DNA of 64,000 nt from an uncultured beta proteobacterium (lineage in GTDB: Bacteria > Pseudomonadota > Gammaproteobacteria > Burkholderiales > SG8-39), in the NCBI GenBank assembly GCA_963754305.1, contig CAVWFR010000034.1, positions 5,452 to 69,451 on the forward strand, read 5' to 3'. Below, piece by piece: positions 46,697-59,100 of the stretch. A program made the position numbers and the translations under genes. Under the pieces are notes generated by a model that did not search any database, was not told where the DNA came from, and saw only the letters and a program-made list of their open reading frames with translations. How positions within the stretch are numbered: the first letter of the stretch is position 1; each line of letters opens with the position of its first letter.

Positions 46697-48214
46697 ATGA
46701 GAACGCTCGGCGAAACCATTCGTGCCGGTCAGCTGGTCGAGGAACATCGGCCTTGGCCGCGCGTGGTCCTGAGCCGCGAGCGCTGGCAGGAGGCGGCGCA
46801 TCGCCTGCAGTCCGGCGAATGGGCGTTGCTCGGGCTCTGGGGCGAGCGCGAGCTCGTGCACATGGCCGTGATCGAGGGCGAGACGACCGAGTGCGGCGTT
46901 CTCAGCCTGGCGTGCGAGGGAAATCGGTTCCCGTCGGTCGGCCGGTCGCATCCGCCGGCCATTCGCCCGGAGCGGGCCCTGCGCGACCTCGTGGGGTTGG
47001 AGCCCGAGGGTCTCCCGGACACGCGAACGTGGCTCGACCACGGCAAGTGGAACCTCCGACATCCGCTCGGCGCTCGCGACGCTGCCGCCGCGCCGGAAGC
47101 CTATCGGTTCCTGCCGGCGGAAGGCGAGAGCCTGCACCAGATCCCGGTCGGTCCGGTGCACGCCGGGATCATCGAGCCCGGCCACTTCCGCTTCGCGGCG
47201 AGCGGCGAGACCATCGTGCGCCTCGAGGAGCGGCTCGGGTACGTGCACAAGGGAATCGAATCGCTCATGGCCGGTGCTTCCATCGCGCGGGCGGCAGTGC
47301 TGGCCGGGCGCGTCTCCGGCGACAGCACGGTCGCCGGCAGCCTGGCCTTCGCCCGGGCGGTCGAGACGGCGATCGGGGTGGAGGTTCCGCCACGGGCGGC
47401 ATGGCTGCGCGCGCTGATGGCCGAGCTCGAGCGGCTCGCGAATCACTTCGGCGACATCGGCGCCATCTGCAACGACGCGGCGTTCGCGATGATGCATGCG
47501 CAGTGCGGGCTCCTCCGCGAGCACGTGCTGCGGACGGCGGCCGCCTGTTTCGGCCACCGGCTCATGATGGACTGCGTGATTCCCGGCGGGATCCGGTCCG
47601 ACCTGCCGGGCGACGGCGAGCGACGGGTGCTCGCGCTCGTCGCGCTCGTGCGCGGGAGTTTTCCGGAGCTCGTCGAGCTGTACGACAATACCGCGTCGCT
47701 CCAGGACCGCACCGTCGGCACGGGAATCCTCGCGCCGGCGCTCGCCAGGCAGTTTGCGGCTGGCGGCTACGTCGGCCGCGCGTCGGGGCGCGACTTCGAT
47801 GCGCGACGCACGCCGGGCTATGCGCCGTACCACGAGCTGCGGTTCGACGTGCCGGTCCTCGAAGAGGGCGACGTGAATGCGCGCGTCTGGATCCGCATCC
47901 GCGAGGTCGAGCAGAGCCTGGCGCTGCTCGGCGAGATCCTCCGCCGGCTCCCGTCGGGATCGATTTTCGCCCCGCCGCCGACGCCTGCAGCCGCCGGCGC
48001 CCGCGAGGGCGTGGCGCTGGTCGAGGGTTTTCGCGGCGACGTCCTCGCGTGGGTGCGGATCGGCGGCGACGGCAACGTCGAGCGTTGCCACATCCGCGAC
48101 CCGTCGTGGTTCCAGTGGCCGCTGCTCGAGGCGGCGGTCGAAGGCAACATCGTCGCCGATTTCCCGCTCTGCAATAAGTCCTTCAACTGCTCGTATGCGG
48201 GCCACGACCTCTAG
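46697..48214 (+). CDS. module 2: NuoC-NuoD fusion / HyfG-HycE-like large subunit lacking NiFe-ligand cysteines
   Basis: Starts MRTLGETIRAG, 505 aa. It contains VGPVHAGIIEPGHFRF. The N-terminal motif position reads RVSGDSTVAG and the C-terminus reads NCSYAGHDL. Confidence 0.85.
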   Translation: MRTLGETIRAGQLVEEHRPWPRVVLSRERWQEAAHRLQSGEWALLGLWGERELVHMAVIEGETTECGVLSLACEGNRFPSVGRSHPPAIRPERALRDLVGLEPEGLPDTRTWLDHGKWNLRHPLGARDAAAAPEAYRFLPAEGESLHQIPVGPVHAGIIEPGHFRFAASGETIVRLEERLGYVHKGIESLMAGASIARAAVLAGRVSGDSTVAGSLAFARAVETAIGVEVPPRAAWLRALMAELERLANHFGDIGAICNDAAFAMMHAQCGLLREHVLRTAAACFGHRLMMDCVIPGGIRSDLPGDGERRVLALVALVRGSFPELVELYDNTASLQDRTVGTGILAPALARQFAAGGYVGRASGRDFDARRTPGYAPYHELRFDVPVLEEGDVNARVWIRIREVEQSLALLGEILRRLPSGSIFAPPPTPAAAGAREGVALVEGFRGDVLAWVRIGGDGNVERCHIRDPSWFQWPLLEAAVEGNIVADFPLCNKSFNCSYAGHDL

Positions 48215-48225
48215 GGTGAGCGACG

Positions 48226-48771
48226 ATGCGTAGATTGCTGTTGAAGAGTCTTGTGCACGGGCCGCTGACGGAGGCCGCGCCCGCCAGCGACGAGGCCGCA
48301 GTCGCGGAGCTGGCGGCGCGCGTGAATCAGGTCTCGCGCAAGCGGCTGGGGCGCACGCTAGCCATCCGCGAGGTCGACGCGGGATCCTGCAACGGCTGCG
48401 AGCTCGAGATCCATGCGCTCAACAACGTCCTCTATGACCTGGAGCGATTCGGTCTGCGCTTCGTGGCTTCTCCGCGCCATGCCGACGTGTTGCTGGTGAC
48501 CGGTCCGGTCACGACGAACATGCGCGAAGCGCTCGAACGCACCTACCGGGCGACGCCCGGTCCGAAGTGGGTGGTGGCAGTGGGAGACTGTGCGCGCGAC
48601 GGCGGGGTATTCGCCGGTAGCTATGCCTGCGTCGGCGGCGTCTCGGACGTCATCCCGGTCGACCTCCACGTCCGCGGGTGTCCCCCGTCCCCGATCGTCC
48701 TGCTCAGGGGACTGCTCGCGCTGCTCGAGAGCGTAGCGGCCGATGTGCCACCGAGCGGCAACGAAGTCTGA
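48226..48771 (+). CDS. module 2: NuoB/HycG/HyfI-like small subunit ([4Fe-4S] ligands retained)
   Basis: 181 aa. Motifs seen: DAGSCNGCELE, SPRHADVLLVTGP, GDCARDGG and RGCPP. Confidence 0.88.
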   Translation: MRRLLLKSLVHGPLTEAAPASDEAAVAELAARVNQVSRKRLGRTLAIREVDAGSCNGCELEIHALNNVLYDLERFGLRFVASPRHADVLLVTGPVTTNMREALERTYRATPGPKWVVAVGDCARDGGVFAGSYACVGGVSDVIPVDLHVRGCPPSPIVLLRGLLALLESVAADVPPSGNEV

Positions 48772-48785
48772 CCGCTGGAGAACGC

Positions 48786-49229
48786 ATGGCCCTGGAGCTC
48801 CCGCTGCCGTTCATCGGCTGGTTCTTCACAATGGGGAGCGTACTCGCGCTCGCGGTCGGCGCGATGCTGATCATCGCGCTGCACCGAGGCGACGAGCGCT
48901 CGCGCGGCGTCCTGGCACGGACGGCGTGGAACGACATGGCGCTCTTCGGGATCTGGTTCCTCGGCCTCGCCGGCGGCATCGGCGTGCTGCAGCTCCGGCC
49001 GTGGGGGCGGCATCTGCTCGAGTTCTTCTGCTGGACGCTGATGGCGCTCGTGTTGCTGTCCGCGGCGACACGGCTCCAGGCGTACAAGCGGCTGCCGGCG
49101 GAGGAGCGCGTGAGCTGGATCGGCGCGATCTCGGGCGTCGCGCTGGTGCTGATCCCGGTGCTGGCGATCTGCGGCGCGACCATCGTCACCTTGCGGAGCG
49201 AAGGGACGCGTGCGGCGTTTGGCGGCTAG
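48786..49229 (+). CDS. hypothetical 4-TM membrane protein, last gene of the apparent operon
   Basis: Starts MALELPLPFIGWFFTMGSVLALAVGAMLIIAL. 147 aa with four hydrophobic helices. It begins 14 bp after the module 2 small subunit. No family was recognised. Confidence 0.55.
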   Translation: MALELPLPFIGWFFTMGSVLALAVGAMLIIALHRGDERSRGVLARTAWNDMALFGIWFLGLAGGIGVLQLRPWGRHLLEFFCWTLMALVLLSAATRLQAYKRLPAEERVSWIGAISGVALVLIPVLAICGATIVTLRSEGTRAAFGG

Positions 49230-49243
49230 CCGGGCCCGTTCGG

Positions 49244-49660
49244 CTACGGCTTGATGTACGCGTAGCCCTCTTTCTGCTGGAGCTGCGCGATCCGGGCCAC
49301 CCCTGAGGGCACATACTGCACCTCGGGGATGAACTGGTTCTCCTCGAGCTTGCGGTTGCGCAACGTGATGCGGCAGACCTCGAAGCTCACGCCTTGAGCC
49401 TTCAGGTCCTCGACGATCACGCTGTACGGGTTCTTGTTGGGATCTTGCGCGCCGTTCATCAGGAAATCCACGCCTTCGGCGTGGGCGACGACGACGATCT
49501 TTGCCTTCGGATCCACCTCGAGGTGGTTACGGACGTTGCGCAGGCCCTTGGTCGCCTGCGCAAGGCCGGCGTCGAAGTGGTAGATCACCTTGTCCTGCGC
49601 GGCGGCGACGCCGACAACCGCGAGCGCGGCAACGGCGGCGAGCATCTCGAGCATTCTCAT
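49244..49660 (-). CDS. DsrE/DsrF-like family protein with signal peptide
   Basis: Starts MRMLEMLAAVAALAVVGVAAAQ. The core VIYHF..IVVVAHAEGVDFL..FEVCRITL is typical of COG1416/DsrE-like proteins. Confidence 0.65.
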   Translation of the reverse strand: MRMLEMLAAVAALAVVGVAAAQDKVIYHFDAGLAQATKGLRNVRNHLEVDPKAKIVVVAHAEGVDFLMNGAQDPNKNPYSVIVEDLKAQGVSFEVCRITLRNRKLEENQFIPEVQYVPSGVARIAQLQQKEGYAYIKP

Positions 49661-49708
49661 GGTCGGGCTCCGATTGACAATTCTGCGCGGCGGCGTCCAA
49701 ATCCGCGG

Positions 49709-49978
49709 GTGGCAAAGCATCTCATCATCTCGGGGCGAGTGCAGGGCGTCGGCTACCGCGCGTCGATGGTCGACGAGGCGCGACGCCTCGGCGTCGGCGG
49801 CTGGGTGCGCAACCGCCGCGACGGCTCCGTCGAAGCAGTGGTGGACGGCGATGCCGCGGCGGTCGCGGCGATCGTCGAGTGGGCGCGGCGCGGGCCGTCG
49901 GGAGCCGGTGTGATGAATGTCGCAGCAGCGGACACCGACGGGACCTTCGACGGCTTCGACTGGCTTCCGACGGCTTGA
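49709..49978 (+). CDS. acyP: acylphosphatase
   Basis: GTG start, 89 aa. It has the ISGRVQGVGYR and GWVRNRRDGSVEAVV signatures. Confidence 0.85.
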   Translation: MAKHLIISGRVQGVGYRASMVDEARRLGVGGWVRNRRDGSVEAVVDGDAAAVAAIVEWARRGPSGAGVMNVAAADTDGTFDGFDWLPTA

Positions 49979-50048
49979 GGGCGCCCCGAGGCGTTTCTCG
50001 TGTAGCCTTCGACTCGATTCGCGTTGAGCCGGTCGTCCGCGCCGGTCA

Positions 50049-50636
50049 CTACCGCCGTAGCCGCGGAATCATCCGTCCGAGCACGTTGTCCTTCCGGACG
50101 AAGTAGTGGAACAGCGCCGCGGCCACGTGCACCACAATGAGCAGCACGAGCAGTCGCGCCAGCAGGCCGTGCACGAAGAAGGCGGTCTTGGCGGCCTCCT
50201 TGTCCGGCGCAACGACGCCCGGCAGCGAGAACAACCCGAAGATGTCGAGCGCCGGAAAGAGCGAGATACCCACGTAGCCAGCGACCGGCACGCAGATCAG
50301 CAGGACGTACATGCCCCAATGGTTCAGGCGGCTCGCGAGCCGCTGCCAGGGCGCGATGGTCGGCTCGTCGGCCGGCGCGCCGCGGGTCAGCCGGTAGGCG
50401 AGCCGCCAGAGGACGACGAGCAGGATCGTCACGCCGACGACCTTGTGGCCGTTGTAGAGCGCACCGGTCAGCTTGTCAAACACGTTCAACGTGTTGCCCC
50501 GATACGTCATGTACAGCCCGACCGGGAGCTGAACGGCGACCAACGCCACAGTGAGCCAGTGAAGGAGGCGCGCCGTGCGCCTGTAGATCTCGACCGGTGC
50601 CCGACCTGCCGGCGTTTCTTCCATTCCGACCTCCAC
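50049..50636 (-). CDS. cytochrome b561 family protein (CybB-like)
   Basis: 195 aa with four TM helices. Conserved His positions are seen in RLLHWLTVALV, YNGHKVVG and FFVHGLLA..HVAAALFH. Confidence 0.8.
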   Translation of the reverse strand: MEVGMEETPAGRAPVEIYRRTARLLHWLTVALVAVQLPVGLYMTYRGNTLNVFDKLTGALYNGHKVVGVTILLVVLWRLAYRLTRGAPADEPTIAPWQRLASRLNHWGMYVLLICVPVAGYVGISLFPALDIFGLFSLPGVVAPDKEAAKTAFFVHGLLARLLVLLIVVHVAAALFHYFVRKDNVLGRMIPRLRR

Positions 50637-50770
50637 TCGATGAGATGCTTGCGCCAGCGACAGCGCTCGACCGCCGGTTTGGGCTGCGAGGTCGCCGGCG
50701 ACGCCGATCGGCGCTATGTTAGCGCCACACCGCGCCGTCAGAGTCTTCCCGGCCAGTCAGGCGCGCCCCC

Positions 50771-52036
50771 ATGCCCAGACGAGCGCTTGTCATCATCGGC
50801 ACTATGCATAGCGCCTGGCGCCTTGCCTGCTTCGCGTTGCTGCTCGCTGCGCCATGGGCATGCAGCGCTGAGGTCGCGATCCGTGGTGAAGCCATATTGG
50901 TCGAAGGCCGCCCGTTCCGCATTCAAGGTGCATCGGGCCGAACGCAGCTCGATATGCTGAAGGCGCTCGGTGCGAACACCGTTCGCACCTACGGCGACGA
51001 GACCGAGCAGGTGCTGCGCGAGGCCGCGCGGCTCGACCTGAAGGTGATCGCCGGCTTGTGGCTCGAGCCGCCGCGGCGCGGTTTCGACTATCGGAATCGC
51101 ATCGCGGTCGAAGCGCAGCTCAAAGCGATCGCCGCGCTCGTCGAGCGTCACAGGAGTCATCCGGCCCTGCTCATGTGGGGCATCGGAAACGAAGTCGAAG
51201 CCGAGCTGACCGACGATGCGCTCGTCTGGCCTGCGATCGGGGAAGCGGCGCGTCTGGTGAAATCGCTCGACCGGGCGCATCCGACGATGGCGGTGTTGGC
51301 CGAGACCGGCGGCGACAAGGTGCGGAAGCTCAGGGAGCGGGCCCCGAGCATCGACGTGCTCGGTGTCAATGCCTACGGCGATGCGTTGCTCACCGTGCCC
51401 GACCGCGTGCGCGCACAAGGGTGGACCGGACCGATCGTGGTGAGCGAGCTGGGCGCGCTCGGCCAGTGGCAGGCGGGCAAGACGGCCTGGGGCGCGCTCC
51501 TGGAACCCTCCAGCACAGCGAAAGCCGCCGCGCTGCGCCGTTACTTTCCGGCGGTCGCGCCCAAGACAGCGGGACACTTGGTTTTCCTATGGGGTTACAA
51601 GCAGGAAGTGACGCCGACCTGGCACAGCTTGCTGCTGCCGAGCGGGGAATGGACCGAAGCCGCCGAGGCGATGGCGCAAGCGTGGAACGGGCAGACGCCG
51701 GGGGGCAATCGCGCGCCGCGCATCACGCGCATCGTCCTGGATCCTGCGGCGGCGTGGCGGCGATCCCAATCCGGGCGTGCAATCCTCGATGCGCATGATC
51801 CCGATGGCGATGCGATCGCGGTCGAGTGGACCGTGATGGCGGAGAGCACCGAGCTCAAGAAGGGCGGCGACGCAGAAGCGCGTCCCGCCGAGTTTCCGCG
51901 TGCAGTGCGGCGTGTCGATGCACAGCGCGTCGCCATCGGCGGTTTGGCGCCGGGAGACTATCGCGTGTTCGCCACGGTGCGCGACGGCAAGGGCGCCGCA
52001 GCGACGGCGAATCTGCCGTTCCGCGTCGGCGAGTGA
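50771..52036 (+). CDS. secreted TIM-barrel glycoside hydrolase-like protein (GH2/GH5-like clan A)
   Basis: It has a signal peptide (WRLACFALLLAAPWACSA). GANTVRTYG and the MWGIGNEVE (NE acid/base) motif are present, with a C-terminal Ig-like region. The start could instead be the ATG 33 nt downstream. Confidence 0.6.
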   Translation: MPRRALVIIGTMHSAWRLACFALLLAAPWACSAEVAIRGEAILVEGRPFRIQGASGRTQLDMLKALGANTVRTYGDETEQVLREAARLDLKVIAGLWLEPPRRGFDYRNRIAVEAQLKAIAALVERHRSHPALLMWGIGNEVEAELTDDALVWPAIGEAARLVKSLDRAHPTMAVLAETGGDKVRKLRERAPSIDVLGVNAYGDALLTVPDRVRAQGWTGPIVVSELGALGQWQAGKTAWGALLEPSSTAKAAALRRYFPAVAPKTAGHLVFLWGYKQEVTPTWHSLLLPSGEWTEAAEAMAQAWNGQTPGGNRAPRITRIVLDPAAAWRRSQSGRAILDAHDPDGDAIAVEWTVMAESTELKKGGDAEARPAEFPRAVRRVDAQRVAIGGLAPGDYRVFATVRDGKGAAATANLPFRVGE

Positions 52037-52081
52037 GGTTCTCAGCGCAGCGGCCCGTCGCGCGCGTGGCGACGGCGTTCG

Positions 52082-55525
<3,444 letters not shown>

Positions 55526-55695
55526 GGCAGAGCGCGAGGAAACCGCGCGTGGATTCTATCAACGCGCGATCGACGCAGAATCAGCGCGTTCAGAGCGCTG
55601 CCAACCCGGTCTCGCGAAATCGTGCGCGACAGTTGCCTCGCACTCGACCAGTAGTGTAGAAAGGGAACCGTATCAGCAACTTGCAGGTAACCACG

Positions 55696-56166
55696 ATGCG
55701 CATTTCGCTTGTTCTGGCGGCGCTGGTCGCAGCCCTTCCCGCGGCGGCCCAAACCGTCTATCGCTATGTGACGCCCGATGGCCGGGTGATCTTCTCCGAC
55801 TCGCCCGTCCCCGGGGCGAGGCTCGAGCGCACCATCGCGCCGCCGGCGCCCGTCTCGGCGCCACCGGCGCCGGCGCCGGTCGAGAGCCGCGAACCGGCGG
55901 CCGCCGACAAAGCCGCGCCGGATCGCTTCGCACGGTTACGCGCAGCCGACGCTGAGGTGAACGCCGCGACACAGGCGCTCGGTACGGCACAAGCGCAGCT
56001 CGCCAGCGGCAAAGAGCCGCTGCCGGGTGAGCGTACCGGCACCGTCGGCGGCGGCAGTCGCCTGAACGAATCGTACTGGGCGCGCCAGGCAGACAACGAG
56101 CAGGCCGTGGCGAGAGCCCAGGCCCGTCTCGATCGCGCGGTGCAGGAGCGGAACTCGGTCCGCTAG
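55696..56166 (+). CDS. DUF4124-like secreted protein
   Basis: Starts MRISLVLAALVAALPAAAQ, followed by TVYRYVTPDGRVIFSDSP (DUF4124 signature) and a coiled-coil C-terminus. Confidence 0.7.
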   Translation: MRISLVLAALVAALPAAAQTVYRYVTPDGRVIFSDSPVPGARLERTIAPPAPVSAPPAPAPVESREPAAADKAAPDRFARLRAADAEVNAATQALGTAQAQLASGKEPLPGERTGTVGGGSRLNESYWARQADNEQAVARAQARLDRAVQERNSVR

Positions 56167-56185
56167 CCGTTCGCGCTCGGCGGCG

Positions 56186-59100
56186 CTACCGCGATGGCGC
56201 GTCGCAGATCGGCGCGGTCAGCGGCCGAACGCGTCCGGCGCGATCAAGCGCGCGCTGTGCCGCCGCCAGCGGCCCCTCAGTCTCGGGCGCGGCGAGCCGG
56301 CACGCGTCCACGTTAGTGGTCGCGCCGGGCGTGGTCTCGCCAAGCGCACCGAGCGCGCTCCGCGCCGTCGCGCTGACGAGCGCCTGATCGGAGGACGGCG
56401 CGCCGCCTCCCACCACGAGCAGCCCGTCGACGAACGTGATCGCATAGTTCGTCGAGCTCACGCCGCCCGGCGCGATGGCGTAGATCCCCGGCGGCGAGGT
56501 CGTCGTCGCCGGCGTCGCGAACACCAGAGCGCCGCTCAGATCGTTCACGGTTTGGCCGAGCTTGAAGCCCGTCGCGGTCGCAGTGAACGGCGGATTCGGA
56601 GCACCGAAGGCGCGCGCCTTGTCGTCGGCGACGAGCCCGAGCGGGGCCGGCGTGATCACGAGCTGGCCGTTCACGGAGCTGATGATGTAGTTCGGATTGG
56701 CGCCGCTCGCCACGTTGATGACGAAGTTGCCGGTGTTCGATGCGCTCGTCGCCGGCGTGGTCAGCGCGACCCCGGGGATCGCCGCCGGCGAGTCGCCGTT
56801 CGCGAGCCCGGTGAACGTCGCGGTCAGGGCAGGGTTCGGATCGCCGTAGGACCGTGTCTTGTTGTCCGCGGCGATGGACAGCGCGGCGGGCGTGATCGCA
56901 AGGTTGGCGCCGGTATAGGCGATCGTGTAGTTCGCGTTGGGCGCGAGCGTGCCCTGGGCGATCGCGTACGGACTGCCCGGCACGGTTTCGCCGGGCGCGC
57001 GCGCGAGCGCGCCCGAGAGCACCGTGGCCGGCGTGTCGGCGAACTGAAAGCCGGTCGCGTTGTATGTCAGCGTCGGGTCGGGCGTGCCGTAGACCTTGGT
57101 CTGCGCGTTGGCGATCACGCTGAGGGCCGCCGGCGTGATGGCGAAGTTCGCCGGCACGAAAGTGATCGTGTAGTTCGCCGGGGCGGTCGTCGTCAGGGTG
57201 CCCTGGTTGAGCGCATACGCGGCGACGTTCTCGCCCGGGGCGCGGCCGAGCGCGCCGACGAGCATGTCACCGGCGACGATCGCCGGGCCGGTGGTGCCGG
57301 TGCCGCCGGCAACTGCGTAGCCGAACACCGGGTCGACGCTGCCGTACACCTTGTTCTGACCGGGCGTCGCGGCGATCGTGACCGGGCGTACAGTGATTCC
57401 GAAGTTGTCTGGGACGAAGGTCAGGGCGTAGTTTGGTCCCGCCGTCAGGGTCCCTTGCTGGATCGGGTACGCGCCCACGTTCTCCCCGGCCACGCGCGTC
57501 GTCGCGCCCGAGAAGCCGTCGGTGCCAACCAACGACCCGCTAGTGAGGGCGTAGGTGTAGGCGGCCGGGTTCGGCTCGCCGTAGATCTTCGTCTGATTCG
57601 GATCCGCGGTGACCTGGATCGCGCGCTGGCCGATCGTGAGCGTGCCCGGGTTGATCGCGGTGATGTTGTAGTTGCCGTTGACGCCGACGACCACGCCGGC
57701 GACGTTGTAGGCATTCGCGCCGGTCGAGTACGTTCCCACCGCGGTGTTGGCCACCGCACCGCTCGTGACGCTGAAGCCGAAGAGCGTCTGGGCGTTCTCG
57801 GCGTTCGCCATGCCGCCCCCACCGACGGTGTAGAGCGGCGCCGGCACCGGGTTGGCGTCGCCGTAGGCCCGCGCAGCGCTCCCGGCGGTGAGCGTGATCA
57901 GGCGCGGCGAGATCGTCAGCGCCGTCGCGTTGCCGGGCGCCTGCACGAACGCGTAGTTCGCGGCAGCGAGTCCGCCGCCGTCGATCGCATACGCCCCGAC
58001 CGGCGTCGTGCCGATCGCGGCCGTCGTGAACGCGAGCGCGCCCGTCGTCGCCGTCCCGATCGTCTCGCCGTTCTTGAAGCCGGTCACGGCACCGGACAGC
58101 ACCGGGTTCGGATCGCCGTACTCGCGCGCGGCGGCGTTGGCCACGTAGGTCAGCGTCGCCGGGGTGATGGCGAGCGCGCCCTGGACCGGCGTCACCAGGT
58201 AGTTCGCGTTGGTCGCGCCCGTGACGCTGTAGGCATTCGGCCCGGCCGCGTAGTTGCCGACCGGCGTGGTGCCGATTGCGCCGCTCGCGGCGCCCAGCGA
58301 CGGAAACGCCGCGGCGAGCGTCTCGTGGGGGGCGACGCCGGTTCCCGGGGCGGTCGGGTTCGCCGTTACGGCAACTGCCGGGTTCGGATCGCCGTACTCG
58401 CGCGCCGCACTGCCGGCGGTCAGCGTGATCGGTCGCTGCGTGACGATCAGGGCGGTGCCGTTGGTCCCGGCCTGGACGAAAGCGTAGTTGCCGTTGTTGG
58501 CGGTGAGGCCGCTGCCGTTGATCGCGTACGTGCCGACGTTCGAGGCGGGAACCGCGGGGGTCGCAAAGGCCAGGGCACCGGTCGTCGCGGTCGGGATCGA
58601 TTCGCCGTTCTTGAAGCCGGTGACGGTGCCGGTGAGCGCGGGGTTCGGATCGCCATAGATCCGCGACTGCGGGTCTGCAAGATAGGTGAGCGTCGACGCG
58701 TTGATCGTGAGCGCGGCGGCGTTGGCCGGGGCCTGCGCGAACGCGTAGCCGATATCGGAGGTAAGGCCCGAGCCGTTGATCGCGTAGCTGCCGACGTTCG
58801 AGGTGGCGATTGCCGGGGAAGTGAACGCGAGCGTGCCGGTGTACGCGTCGGCCGCCGTATCGCCGTTTACGAGGCCGTTCACCGTCCCCGTGAACGCCGG
58901 GTTCGCATCGCCATAGAGGCGGCTAGCCGGGTCGGCGGCGTAGGTCAGCGTCGGCTGGTAGCTGTAGATGCGATGGTTGCCGGTCGGCGGGATCGTCGCC
59001 CCGCAGGGCCCACCGAAGTTGCAGTTGTACAGGTTCGGCTTCGGGTTGCCGGGCACCGGGATCGCACCCGTGTCGTTGGCCGGATTCTGCGAGTAGACGA

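Noticed and set aside
39410-48205. Long antisense ORFs 39410..41275 and 45899..48205, plus many off-frame ORFs inside the Hyf-like genes
   Set aside because: They lie opposite or out of frame to the strongly motif-supported large-subunit genes and have shadow-frame composition.
34344-48771. Calling the locus hydrogenase-4 / formate hydrogenlyase (hyfBCEFGI)
   Set aside because: Both large subunits lack the NiFe cysteine motifs. No HyfA/HyfH, FdhF, HycI or Hyp genes are present. Functional naming as a hydrogenase is therefore not supported, and the genes are described only as Hyf/complex-I-like.
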